Positions 1 through 8,258 of a stretch of DNA of 19,425 nt are shown piece by piece. This DNA comes from Rhodothermales bacterium (GTDB taxonomy: Bacteria; Bacteroidota; Rhodothermia; Rhodothermales; VXPQ01). The notes under the pieces are model-generated. The model did not search any database, was not told where the DNA came from, and saw only the letters and a program-made list of their open reading frames with translations. Within the stretch, counting starts at the first letter, position 1; each line of letters opens with the position of its first letter. The position numbers were made by a program, and so were the translations under genes. The stretch spans positions 5,205 to 24,629 of the forward strand of contig JBBDTI010000022.1 of the NCBI GenBank assembly GCA_040904565.1. The letters run 5' to 3'.

Positions 1-1
1 C

Positions 2-844
2 GGCAAGCGACGGAGGCGCCGCTTTACGGTAGCAGCCGTCGCGGCGGCATGCATCATCCTGTTTGGTATCGGATGGATGTTCACGCCGGCGACGGTCACG
101 ACGCCTCCGGGCGAGCAGCAGGTCGTCCGCCTGCCGGACGGGTCGGCGGTCGAGATGAACAGCGCCACGACGCTGCAGCGCTCCAGACTGTTCGCTGCCG
201 TTCCGGTTTGGCTCGGCGGCGGTCGGAGCATCCTGCTCGAGGGTGAAGCGTACTTCCGTGTGGTCCCGTCAGATGACCCCTTCGTCGTAGAAACGAACGA
301 CGCGATCGTCGAAGTCCTGGGCACCGAATTCAACGTCCGTGCGCGCAACACGCTGGACGAGGCCGGTACGGCCGTTACACTGGCCGACGGGCGCGTTCGT
401 ATATCGTCCAGATCCACAACCGATTCCGTTTCGTCGGCCCCGTCACCCACATCCGTCGTCCTCTCGAAGGCCGGAGACGCGGCTCACGTGAAATCTTCCG
501 GCACCGTAACGCGGACGGACGGCAGCGATGGCTCCTCGCTCGACCATGCATTGGCGTGGCGAAGCAGCGGCTTTGCCGCGATCGACCTTCCCCTTCGTTC
601 CGTTCTCGATGAAATGGAGCACCGCTACGACATCGAAATCTTCCCGCGAGAAGGGGTAGACGTCCGCGCTCCAATAAATGTCTTCTACCTCCGCGGTGCC
701 GAGCCCGAGCAAATACTGCGCGACATCTGCCTTTCCCAGTCCTGTGGGTACCGCGAAACCAGCCGCGGCTATGCCCTCGTAGACCGTGGCAGCGCGTCCA
801 CCGACGACGACCTGATATCGGCGACGCCCGATTCGAGTAACTAA
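2..844 (+). CDS. FecR-family anti-sigma factor / transmembrane sensor, 5'-truncated
   Basis: Frame 2 is open from position 2 and reads GKRRRRRFTVAAVAAACIILFGIGWMF (basic stretch plus TM helix) before the ORF-track start at 77, so the gene begins upstream of the window. FecR motifs: TPPGEQQVVRLPDGSAVEMNSAT, LEGEAYFRV, PFVVET..VEVLGTEFNV, VTLADGRVRI, and C-terminal LAWRSS..DLPLRSVLDEMEHRY. Confidence 0.9.
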   Translation, partial: GKRRRRRFTVAAVAAACIILFGIGWMFTPATVTTPPGEQQVVRLPDGSAVEMNSATTLQRSRLFAAVPVWLGGGRSILLEGEAYFRVVPSDDPFVVETNDAIVEVLGTEFNVRARNTLDEAGTAVTLADGRVRISSRSTTDSVSSAPSPTSVVLSKAGDAAHVKSSGTVTRTDGSDGSSLDHALAWRSSGFAAIDLPLRSVLDEMEHRYDIEIFPREGVDVRAPINVFYLRGAEPEQILRDICLSQSCGYRETSRGYALVDRGSASTDDDLISATPDSSN

Positions 845-871
845 TCGCGGGCCCGTATCTCCATCCCAACC

Positions 872-3640
872 ATGCGAACCCGATACCTCTTGCTCTTTTT
901 AGCCCTCTTCTGCTGGGGGTTCGTGGGCGCCGGCATGGCATGGGGCCAGGACGACGGGCAGCGCTACTCTCTCGTCCTCCGCGGCGTGCACCTGAACGAA
1001 GCGCTCGAAGAGCTGGCCCGCGTAACGGAGATCGACCTGATCTATTCGTCGGAGCTCGTATCGGACCTGGTCGCCTATTGCAACGGCCGCGACATGCCCG
1101 CCGAGCGCCTCCTCCAGTGCATCCTGGCCGAATCGGAACTCGACTACGTGCGTTCGTCAGCCGGAACCTACGTGATCATCGAATCGCTGGAAGACAGTCC
1201 CCTATTCGGTCACGTCGCCGGACGCGTCGTCGACGATGCGACGGGCGCCCCGCTGCCCTACGCCAACGTCCTCCTTGCCGACGCCGCCGCCGGCACGACG
1301 ACGGATGCGGCCGGACTCTTCAGCTTCGCGTCCGTGCTCTCCGGCAGCCACCGCCTCTTCGTTACCTACGTGGGCTACGAAACGGCCGTCGACAGCGTGC
1401 GCATCGAACCGGGAAGCCGTAACAGGCTGGAGATCGGCCTCACCCGGAGCACGCTTTCCATGGAGCCGATCGTTGTAGACGGACTCACTCAGCGGCTACC
1501 GTCGAGAGCGCTCGGTACGGGTACATTAGCCGTCGACGATCGCCTGACCGGTGCGATCGGGACACCCGACGTGGCGCGCGCCGCCGCGGGAATGTCCGGC
1601 GTCTCGATTCGACATCCCCTGGCCGATCTCCATATTCAAGGCGACGATGCCGGAGAACACCTTACCCTGCTCGACGGCGCTCCCGTCCGGGATCCCGTGA
1701 CGCTCGGTCGACACCTGAGCGCGTTCAGCCCGCTCGCCATCCAACGAATCACCGTCCACAAGGCCGGTTTCGGCGCATCACATGGTAGCCACCTGTCCGG
1801 CGTGATCGAGGTAGAGCACGACGTTTCGATACAGGGATCGAGTACGGCGACCGTGCATGTCGACCCGGTAAGCGTCAGCGGAAAAGCGGAGGGGAAGGTC
1901 TCCCTTTCGAACGACCGCAATGCCGTCGGCATGATTTCTCTGAGAAGCAGCATGTGGGACGTCTTCAGGGACCCGGGACTGGAGTCGTTGCTGGACAGGT
2001 GGAATGCCGTCGACCCGATTTTCGCGGGAATCTGGATTCGCGAACCGGTTACGACGGAATCGCTGGCCGCACGGCGCCACCTTCCCGATCTTGCCTTCAC
2101 GGACCTGCATGGCGCCGCGCGCGCAGAGATCACCCCGTTCTCGACCCTTCATGCTTCGGCCTTTCGTGCTACGAACCGCATCGGGTCCGAGCTGGCCATC
2201 ATCAATGCCGACGACGCATCCGAGCTGGACCGGATGATGCTCACGCGTGATGAGTACGACTGGACGAACTGGGCCGGCCAGGTACGATACACCTGGCTTG
2301 CGAATGCCCGCTCGGCCATGACGCTGCAGCTTCTGGCCAGCGGAAACACGTCCAGCTACCGGTATCTGTCACTCTACGAAGACGTCCCTTCCGGTACCCG
2401 GAGCGTCGAACCCTATGCGGAAGAACTCCGGCCGTCGCTCGAGGGCTTCGTCGGTTCCGGTGAGGTCAACACAATCCACGAATACACGGCGCGGGCCACT
2501 TATAGCCGGAGCCTCGCTCCGGACCGCCACCTAGACGTCTCGCTCGAGGCAACGAACGTCGATAGCTGGTTCGAGCTCGGAAACCACTTCGTTGCTCCTT
2601 TCTCCCACGCTGCCGACGCCTGGCACGTGACCGGCTACGCTGAGGGACGGCTTTCGGTCGGACTCCACACGACCATCGAACCCGGATCCCGCCTGACCTA
2701 TCTTCCGGAACGGCAGACGTTCTACGCGGAGCCACGCCTTGCCGTGCGCTTCGATGGGCAGGCAGACGCCATCGGTCACTACGCACTACGCGTCGCGGGC
2801 GGACTCTATCGCCAGTTTATTCCATCCTTTGCGCTAACCAGCTCCGGACCCACCTCGGCGGTACCGTTCGTACGATTCTGGCTCCCGTCGGATCGATCGA
2901 TGGCGCCGCCCCGCTCCTATCACCTGTCCGCCGAAGCCCTCTTTCTTCCGTCCGACCGGTGGACCGCCAGCGTCGAAGCGTATCGCAAGTGGCACCCGCG
3001 TCTGCTTACGGTGGACTACGTGGCGCTGCTCCAAAATCTGCCGGCCGTACGGCCTCGTCCCGATCCGACGCCGCTCGACCAGTCGGATTTCATTGCAGCC
3101 ACTACCGGGCGCTCGCTCGGGGGCAGCATCCGTCTCGCCTATCGGACGGTGCGACACGCCGCATCGCTCCGCTACGGATACAGCCTGTCGGAGCGGCGCT
3201 ATCCGGACCGATTCGAGGATCGGCTTCTGCCCGTTCCGTGGAACGAACCGCACCGCCTGGCCGCCGAGGCACGGTACGGCATTACGTCATTCCTCTCCAT
3301 TCACGTGGACGCTGAAACCACATGGGGGCGCCGATGGGCCCTTCGCCGGACCTATTACGATTACCTGGCTCCAGCCCTCCAGCAGTCCGCATTTCCCCCC
3401 TTCGACCTGGACCATCCCGAAAGACATACACTTCCCGCGTACGTCGATCTTGACCTGGGGCTTTCGTACGACCTCGAGCTCCGTCCGTTGACCGTGCGGG
3501 TCAGTGCTCTTATCGCCAACGTGTTCGACCGGCACAATGTCTACGACTGGAGCCTGGAAGCATCTGGAGATCGGTACCGGACGGTCGACCGATCGCTTCC
3601 GGGCCGTCGGCCCGTCCTCTCCATACGACTCGCGTACTGA
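872..3640 (+). CDS. TonB-dependent receptor/transducer (signal peptide, STN-like domain, carboxypeptidase-regulatory-like domain, plug, beta-barrel)
   Basis: Signal peptide ends AWG|Q. STN-like LRGVHLNEALEELARVTEIDLIY. CarboxypepD_reg-like VAGRVVDDATGAPLPYANV..TTTDAAGLFSF..VTYVGY. Plug LHIQG..LLDGAPV..IQRITVHKAGF.A.HG..LSGVIEV. Barrel EPRLAVRF, YVDLDLGLSY, NVFDRHN, ending in aromatic Y. Lies 27 nt after fecR. Confidence 0.9.
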   Translation: MRTRYLLLFLALFCWGFVGAGMAWGQDDGQRYSLVLRGVHLNEALEELARVTEIDLIYSSELVSDLVAYCNGRDMPAERLLQCILAESELDYVRSSAGTYVIIESLEDSPLFGHVAGRVVDDATGAPLPYANVLLADAAAGTTTDAAGLFSFASVLSGSHRLFVTYVGYETAVDSVRIEPGSRNRLEIGLTRSTLSMEPIVVDGLTQRLPSRALGTGTLAVDDRLTGAIGTPDVARAAAGMSGVSIRHPLADLHIQGDDAGEHLTLLDGAPVRDPVTLGRHLSAFSPLAIQRITVHKAGFGASHGSHLSGVIEVEHDVSIQGSSTATVHVDPVSVSGKAEGKVSLSNDRNAVGMISLRSSMWDVFRDPGLESLLDRWNAVDPIFAGIWIREPVTTESLAARRHLPDLAFTDLHGAARAEITPFSTLHASAFRATNRIGSELAIINADDASELDRMMLTRDEYDWTNWAGQVRYTWLANARSAMTLQLLASGNTSSYRYLSLYEDVPSGTRSVEPYAEELRPSLEGFVGSGEVNTIHEYTARATYSRSLAPDRHLDVSLEATNVDSWFELGNHFVAPFSHAADAWHVTGYAEGRLSVGLHTTIEPGSRLTYLPERQTFYAEPRLAVRFDGQADAIGHYALRVAGGLYRQFIPSFALTSSGPTSAVPFVRFWLPSDRSMAPPRSYHLSAEALFLPSDRWTASVEAYRKWHPRLLTVDYVALLQNLPAVRPRPDPTPLDQSDFIAATTGRSLGGSIRLAYRTVRHAASLRYGYSLSERRYPDRFEDRLLPVPWNEPHRLAAEARYGITSFLSIHVDAETTWGRRWALRRTYYDYLAPALQQSAFPPFDLDHPERHTLPAYVDLDLGLSYDLELRPLTVRVSALIANVFDRHNVYDWSLEASGDRYRTVDRSLPGRRPVLSIRLAY

Positions 3641-3765
3641 GCTACCGCTCCGGGGCCGTACCCCGCCGTCCGCTCCGCAACGAAGTAGACGTCGACGTAG
3701 TCACATCACGCCGCCCGGGTACTATAGGAATACGGAACCCATTCTATGTATTGCTGAGGCTGACC

Positions 3766-6342
3766 ATGAGACTACGCTACTACTTCTCGCTGCTCTTTGC
3801 GGCAGCAATCCTCTTCGCCATCGAACCTTCGCAGGCACAGACGTTCTTCACCGCCGAACTCACCCCGGATCAGGAAACACAGAATGTCGAGAGCAGCGGC
3901 GCCGGAACGGCCGCGCTCGTTCTTACCGATGAAGGACTCAGGTTTCTCGTCACGGTAGACAGCCTTACCGGAGACATCGCCGCCGCTCACTTTCATAACG
4001 CCGCCATGGGCGTGGACGGCGGCGTCGTCCGAGGCATCGGCGACAGCTTCGAAGGAAACACGGCATCGGGCATCTGGACCGCCTCCGACGATCAGGCGCT
4101 CACCGACGAGATGATCGCGGAGCTGTTCGCCGGAAACCTGTATCTCAACGTGCATACCGCCGAGTATGGAGCCGGAGAGCTTCGCGGCCAGGTTCTCCCC
4201 ACATCCGGCGCCGGGCTCTCCGCCCATCTCACGGCAGACCAGTCCACCGGCGACGTGACGAGCGACGGCACGGGCTCGGCATCCGTACAGCTGACGGATC
4301 AGGGCGCCCTGTATTATGTGACCGTGGACGGACTCACAGGCGACATCGCCAATGCACACTTTCATAGCAGTGCGATCGGAACGGACGGAGGGGTCGTCCA
4401 CGGCATCGCTGCCGACTTTGACGGCCAGACGGCCTTCGGCGTCTGGAGACCCGCAGACCTGACCGCGGAGCACCGCGCTTCCCTGTTGCAGGGCGAGCTG
4501 TATCTGAATATCCATACGGCGGCGTATCCCGCCGGCGAGATTCGCGGCCAGGTCCTGCCTTCTACAGGCTGGGGATTTCACGCCGACCTCGATGCGGATC
4601 AGTCGACCGGCGACGTGACGAGCGGCGGCACCGGCACGGGCACGTTTACCCTGACCGACGAGGGGCTGACGTTCCACCTTACCGTAGATGGACTGACAGG
4701 CCCCATAACCAACGCCCATTTCCACCGCGCACCCGCCGGTGAAGACGGTGGGGTCGTGCGAGGCATCATGGACGAGTTCGAGGGTAATACGTCATCCGGC
4801 ATATGGACGTCCGACGACGACCAGGCCCTCTCTGAGGAACTCGTACGCGACCTGCTTGCGGGCAACGTCTACGTCAACATCCACACGGATGCGTATCCGG
4901 CCGGCGAGATCCGCGGACAGGTGCTCCTGAGGGATGGGGCTGAGCTGACCGCCCACCTCACGTCGGACCAGGAGCCTGGCGACGTAACGAGCGAGGCGAC
5001 CGGTTCCGCCGCGCTGTCGCTGACGGACGAAGGACTGTCCTACCGGATCACGGTCAACGGACTCACAGGGCCCATCACGGGCGCACACTTCCACGAGGCA
5101 CGCATCGGCTCCAACGGAGGCGTGGTTCACGGCATCACGGACGCCTTCGACGGCGGCACGGCATCCGGTATCTGGACCTCGTCCGACGACCAACCCCTGA
5201 CGGCCGAACGCATCGAATCCCTCCTGAAGGGCGAGCTGTACCTCAACGTTCACACCGAAGCAAACTCCGGCGGAGAGATACGCGGACAGGTGCTGGTGAG
5301 TGAAGGGGCAGGACTGCGCGCCGCGCTCACGAACGAGCAGGCATCCACCGACCAGGAGGGATCGGGCACCGCGACGCTGACCCTCACGGAGCAGGGCGTA
5401 ATCTACCGTGTGACCGTGACGGGTCTCTCCGGAGACGTGACCAACGCGCACTTCCACGAAGGCGCCGCTGGCGTCAACGGAGGCGTCGTACACGGAATTT
5501 TTGACGCCTTCGATGGCAATACGGCCACCGGCGTATGGACGCCTTCAGATGACCAGCCGCTCACCGACGACATGGTGACGGCACTCGTACGCGGCGAGCT
5601 GTACCTCAACATTCACACGGCGGCGAATCCCGGCGGAGAGATCCGCGGACAGGTCGTGGCCGGCAGCGGCATCGGATCCGCCGTGCAGCTGGATCCCGGG
5701 CAGGAGGGTGCGGGCGTGGAGAGCATGGGCACCGGGACGGCTTCACTCAATCTCACGCAGGCCGGTCTATCCTACAGGCTCACGGCCACCGGCATGACGG
5801 GGACGATCAACAGCGGCCACTTCCATAATGCCCCGTTTGGAGAAAACGGCGGCGTCGTGCGTGGCATCAGCGACGATTTTGTTGACGGTACGGCCGCAGG
5901 CATCTGGCGGGCCTCCGACGATCAGGCGCTGACGACCGAACTCACACGCGAGCTGCTTGCCGGCAACCTCTACCTCAATCTACATACGGCAGCTTATCCG
6001 GCCGGCGAGATTCGCGGCCAAGTACGCCCGGGGAATGTCGTCTCGACTGCGATCGAACCCGCGTCGGACGAGCTGCCGAATTTATTCCGCCTCGAGCAGA
6101 ACTACCCCAACCCCTTCAACCCGTCCACGACGGTTGAATTCGCAATGACGGAGTCGACCCACGCACTGCTCGAAGTGTACGACGTCGTGGGTCGCCAGGT
6201 CACGACCCTGATCGACGGCGTCATGCCGGCGGGTGAATACCAGGTCCGTTTCGATGGGGCGGATCTGCCGAGCGGCGTCTATTTCTACCGGCTTTCGGCA
6301 GGTAGCCGGCAGGCAACCCGATCCATGCTGCTGTTGAAATAG
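3766..6342 (+). CDS. Secreted protein with six tandem CHRD domains and a C-terminal T9SS type A sorting domain
   Basis: The ATG at 3766 gives a clean signal peptide (MRLRYYFSLLFAAAILFAIEPSQA|Q). Six units each contain HFH..GGVV[RH]GI..[LV]Y[LV]N[VIL]HT..GE[IL]RGQV, the CHRD signature. The C-terminus FRLEQNYPNPFNPSTTVEF..LEVYDVVGRQV..LPSGVYFYRL..MLLLK is a typical T9SS sorting domain. Confidence 0.88.
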   Translation: MRLRYYFSLLFAAAILFAIEPSQAQTFFTAELTPDQETQNVESSGAGTAALVLTDEGLRFLVTVDSLTGDIAAAHFHNAAMGVDGGVVRGIGDSFEGNTASGIWTASDDQALTDEMIAELFAGNLYLNVHTAEYGAGELRGQVLPTSGAGLSAHLTADQSTGDVTSDGTGSASVQLTDQGALYYVTVDGLTGDIANAHFHSSAIGTDGGVVHGIAADFDGQTAFGVWRPADLTAEHRASLLQGELYLNIHTAAYPAGEIRGQVLPSTGWGFHADLDADQSTGDVTSGGTGTGTFTLTDEGLTFHLTVDGLTGPITNAHFHRAPAGEDGGVVRGIMDEFEGNTSSGIWTSDDDQALSEELVRDLLAGNVYVNIHTDAYPAGEIRGQVLLRDGAELTAHLTSDQEPGDVTSEATGSAALSLTDEGLSYRITVNGLTGPITGAHFHEARIGSNGGVVHGITDAFDGGTASGIWTSSDDQPLTAERIESLLKGELYLNVHTEANSGGEIRGQVLVSEGAGLRAALTNEQASTDQEGSGTATLTLTEQGVIYRVTVTGLSGDVTNAHFHEGAAGVNGGVVHGIFDAFDGNTATGVWTPSDDQPLTDDMVTALVRGELYLNIHTAANPGGEIRGQVVAGSGIGSAVQLDPGQEGAGVESMGTGTASLNLTQAGLSYRLTATGMTGTINSGHFHNAPFGENGGVVRGISDDFVDGTAAGIWRASDDQALTTELTRELLAGNLYLNLHTAAYPAGEIRGQVRPGNVVSTAIEPASDELPNLFRLEQNYPNPFNPSTTVEFAMTESTHALLEVYDVVGRQVTTLIDGVMPAGEYQVRFDGADLPSGVYFYRLSAGSRQATRSMLLLK
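3847..6024 (+). repeat. Six diverged intragenic repeats of about 120-123 codons (CHRD units)
   Basis: GE[IL]RGQV codons start at 4174, 4534, 4903, 5272, 5635 and 6004, giving periods of 360, 369, 369, 363 and 369 nt, all in frame. Some DNA identity remains, e.g. gcctccgacgatcaggcgct at 4081 and 5911. Confidence 0.9.
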
Positions 6343-6373
6343 TCCTGGAACGACCCGTTCCTCGTCCACCGGC

Positions 6374-6415
6374 AAACACGGCCGTCCGCACTACCGCGGC
6401 GGCCGTGTTTTCTTT
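6374..6415 (+). terminator. Rho-independent terminator after the CHRD gene, possibly bidirectional
   Basis: aaacacggccg(t)ccgc-actacc-gcggcggccgtgttt forms a 15-bp stem with one bulge, followed by tcttt. It sits between convergent genes. Confidence 0.8.
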
Positions 6416-6455
6416 ACGGCCGTCCGGTTCGAACGATGTCGTCCAGAACCGGCGT

Positions 6456-7097
6456 CTATTTTTCGTAGGCCCGCGCGAGTTCGTCGTACATGGCCGCACC
6501 GATCAGCAAGCTGAGCGCTCCGGTAAATACGATGCCGACGATGAAGAACGCGAGTCCGAGGAGGTTGAGCCCTACGAGCGCCAGCGCGACCAGAAAAATC
6601 GCGCCGCGGTGTCCCTCCGTCATCGCCCACGCCTTCTGCAGGGTGTCGATGACGCCGAGATCGTCGTCCAGAACGAGAAACATCGCAGGCATCAGCGCGA
6701 CGGCTACGTAGACGCCCGGCGCGACGAGCAGGGCGAACCCGACGATCATCATCACGGAATACAGGACGAACACCCCGAAACTTCGACCGAACTCGCGAAA
6801 GCCGAGAAACATCTCGCCGAGATCGGGCTCTTCATCGCGTATCAGCCGCAAGGCGAACATGTACACGCCCGCCGTTACGGGCCCCGCGATCGCGTACATT
6901 AGGATCTGGCCGAAATCGAAGAACCAGCCGCTCCGATCCCAGAGTACGCCGCCACCTGTCAGCAGGCTGTAGAGAATGAACACGGCGATCATGAGTCCCA
7001 TGTGCTCTTTGAAGACCCGCCATCCGCGGGTGAACAGCGATCGAACGTCCAGGTCCGGTTCACGTACAACTCCTGGGTCACGTAACATTTCGGCCAT
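6456..7097 (-). CDS. Integral membrane protein, DUF975/YciC-like
   Basis: The ATG at 7097 is preceded by a GGAAGG SD-like sequence. About five hydrophobic helices, with the family-like pattern LFTRGWRVFKEH, GPVTAGVY, DLGEMFLGF, GFALLVAPGVY, GVIDTLQKAWAMTEGH. Confidence 0.7.
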   Translation of the reverse strand: MAEMLRDPGVVREPDLDVRSLFTRGWRVFKEHMGLMIAVFILYSLLTGGGVLWDRSGWFFDFGQILMYAIAGPVTAGVYMFALRLIRDEEPDLGEMFLGFREFGRSFGVFVLYSVMMIVGFALLVAPGVYVAVALMPAMFLVLDDDLGVIDTLQKAWAMTEGHRGAIFLVALALVGLNLLGLAFFIVGIVFTGALSLLIGAAMYDELARAYEK

Positions 7098-7148
7098 GAT
7101 TGATTTTCCTTCCGGATGAGCGTGGGTGCGACGGAGTGCGCCAGTGTG

Positions 7149-7175
7149 CGTGACTGCGCGACCGTGACTGCGCGA
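7149..7175. repeat. 13-bp perfect direct repeat in the divergent intergenic region
   Basis: cgtgactgcgcga occurs at 7149-7161 and 7163-7175. Confidence 0.8.
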
Positions 7176-7366
7176 TAAGGTCTGCCCGGCCCGCTGTCGC
7201 GCTGCATCGTAACGACGTCCGATCTGTCGCAACTTAACGGGTGCGGAGCGCAGGACAGATGGTTCATTTCACATTATACGGACGTTCGCTCGACATGGAT
7301 GCGCTCCATAGCCAAATCGCTGTCTCCCGTTCATTTCCCCTCTCACACCACGCAATAGCGACGACC

Positions 7367-8233
7367 ATGCCACGACGATATTCCGGCCCGCTCTTACTTC
7401 TGTTCGCGGTCCTCGCAATAGGATGCGGAAACCCCGACACGTCGACGGAAGATGGCGTTTCACAGCGCGTGGCCGAAACCGAAGTGCGTCTGAACGCAAC
7501 CGAAGGGGGCGCACTTCTGCTCGAAGCCATCGACGCGCACGGAGGCCTCGAGGCCTGGTACGCGGCGCCGACGAGCTCCTACACCTGGGAATACGCGAAT
7601 GAGCCCGCCGACCTTCAATTTAAGTCGTTCCTCGTGGCGGACAATGAGACGCGCCGCGTCTATCACGATCTGCTGACCGTGGGGGCCTATGGGAATCCGC
7701 GGCCTGTCGAGGCGCGGTTCGCGTGGACCGGCGAGGACGCATGGATGTACCCCGACTCGATCGAATCGGTCAATCCGCGATTCTGGGCAACAACCGGATA
7801 CTATTTCGAGCAGATCCCCTTCATCCTCTCAGACCCCGGCACGTTCCATGAGCGAATGGCCGACGAAGAGCTCGACGGAGAGATGCACGACGTGGTCCGC
7901 GTGACGTTCGGTCAGGGCGTCGGCGACTCGCCCGGCGACGCCTATACGCTGCTGCTCGACAAAGAAACCGGCCTGGTGAACGCTATCCGGTATACGGTGA
8001 CCTATGGACGCGATCCCGACCCCGATGCCACGCCCTCGGAGACGCTGTTCTATTATGAGGACTACGTGACGGTCGACGGGCTCACCGTAGCCACGCACTT
8101 CATGGGATACGATGCCGAAGAGATGACGTTCAAGAATGAAGCCTGGGCCGACTCCATCTCCTTCCGCCGGCGCTTCGATCCCTCGCGGCTCGAGGCACCC
8201 GATGGGGCCCGGTTCGTTCCAGCGCCCAATTAA
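7367..8233 (+). CDS. Lipoprotein, DUF6503-like (possibly LolA-like fold)
   Basis: The ATG at 7367 gives MPRRYSGPLLLLFAVLAIG|C, with a lipobox. The N-terminal motif LLLEAIDAHGGLEAW and YYFEQIPFILSDPG resemble DUF6503. Acidic, beta-rich mature part; ends 25 nt before the ATPase. Confidence 0.65.
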   Translation: MPRRYSGPLLLLFAVLAIGCGNPDTSTEDGVSQRVAETEVRLNATEGGALLLEAIDAHGGLEAWYAAPTSSYTWEYANEPADLQFKSFLVADNETRRVYHDLLTVGAYGNPRPVEARFAWTGEDAWMYPDSIESVNPRFWATTGYYFEQIPFILSDPGTFHERMADEELDGEMHDVVRVTFGQGVGDSPGDAYTLLLDKETGLVNAIRYTVTYGRDPDPDATPSETLFYYEDYVTVDGLTVATHFMGYDAEEMTFKNEAWADSISFRRRFDPSRLEAPDGARFVPAPN

Positions 8234-8258
8234 ACGCAGTCTGTAGTAGCCACGCATC

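Noticed and set aside
77-79. ORF-track start for fecR
   Set aside because: The frame is open to the window edge and encodes the expected TM helix upstream of this ATG.
3641-3765. Short palindromes (cgggg/ccccg, acgtcgacgt) and GCAAC/GGAAC words as a terminator or ECF promoter
   Set aside because: The stem is only 5 bp with no U-tract, and no -10 element lies at a sensible spacing.
3772-5493. Minus-strand ORFs of 317 and 233 aa with apparent repeats
   Set aside because: They are antisense shadows of the CHRD repeats with no independent motifs.
7098-7366. N-terminal extensions of the ORFs starting at 7232 (-) and 7241 (+)
   Set aside because: Downstream ATGs give an SD-supported start (7097) and a proper lipoprotein signal (7367). 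The extensions would leave no room for divergent promoters.
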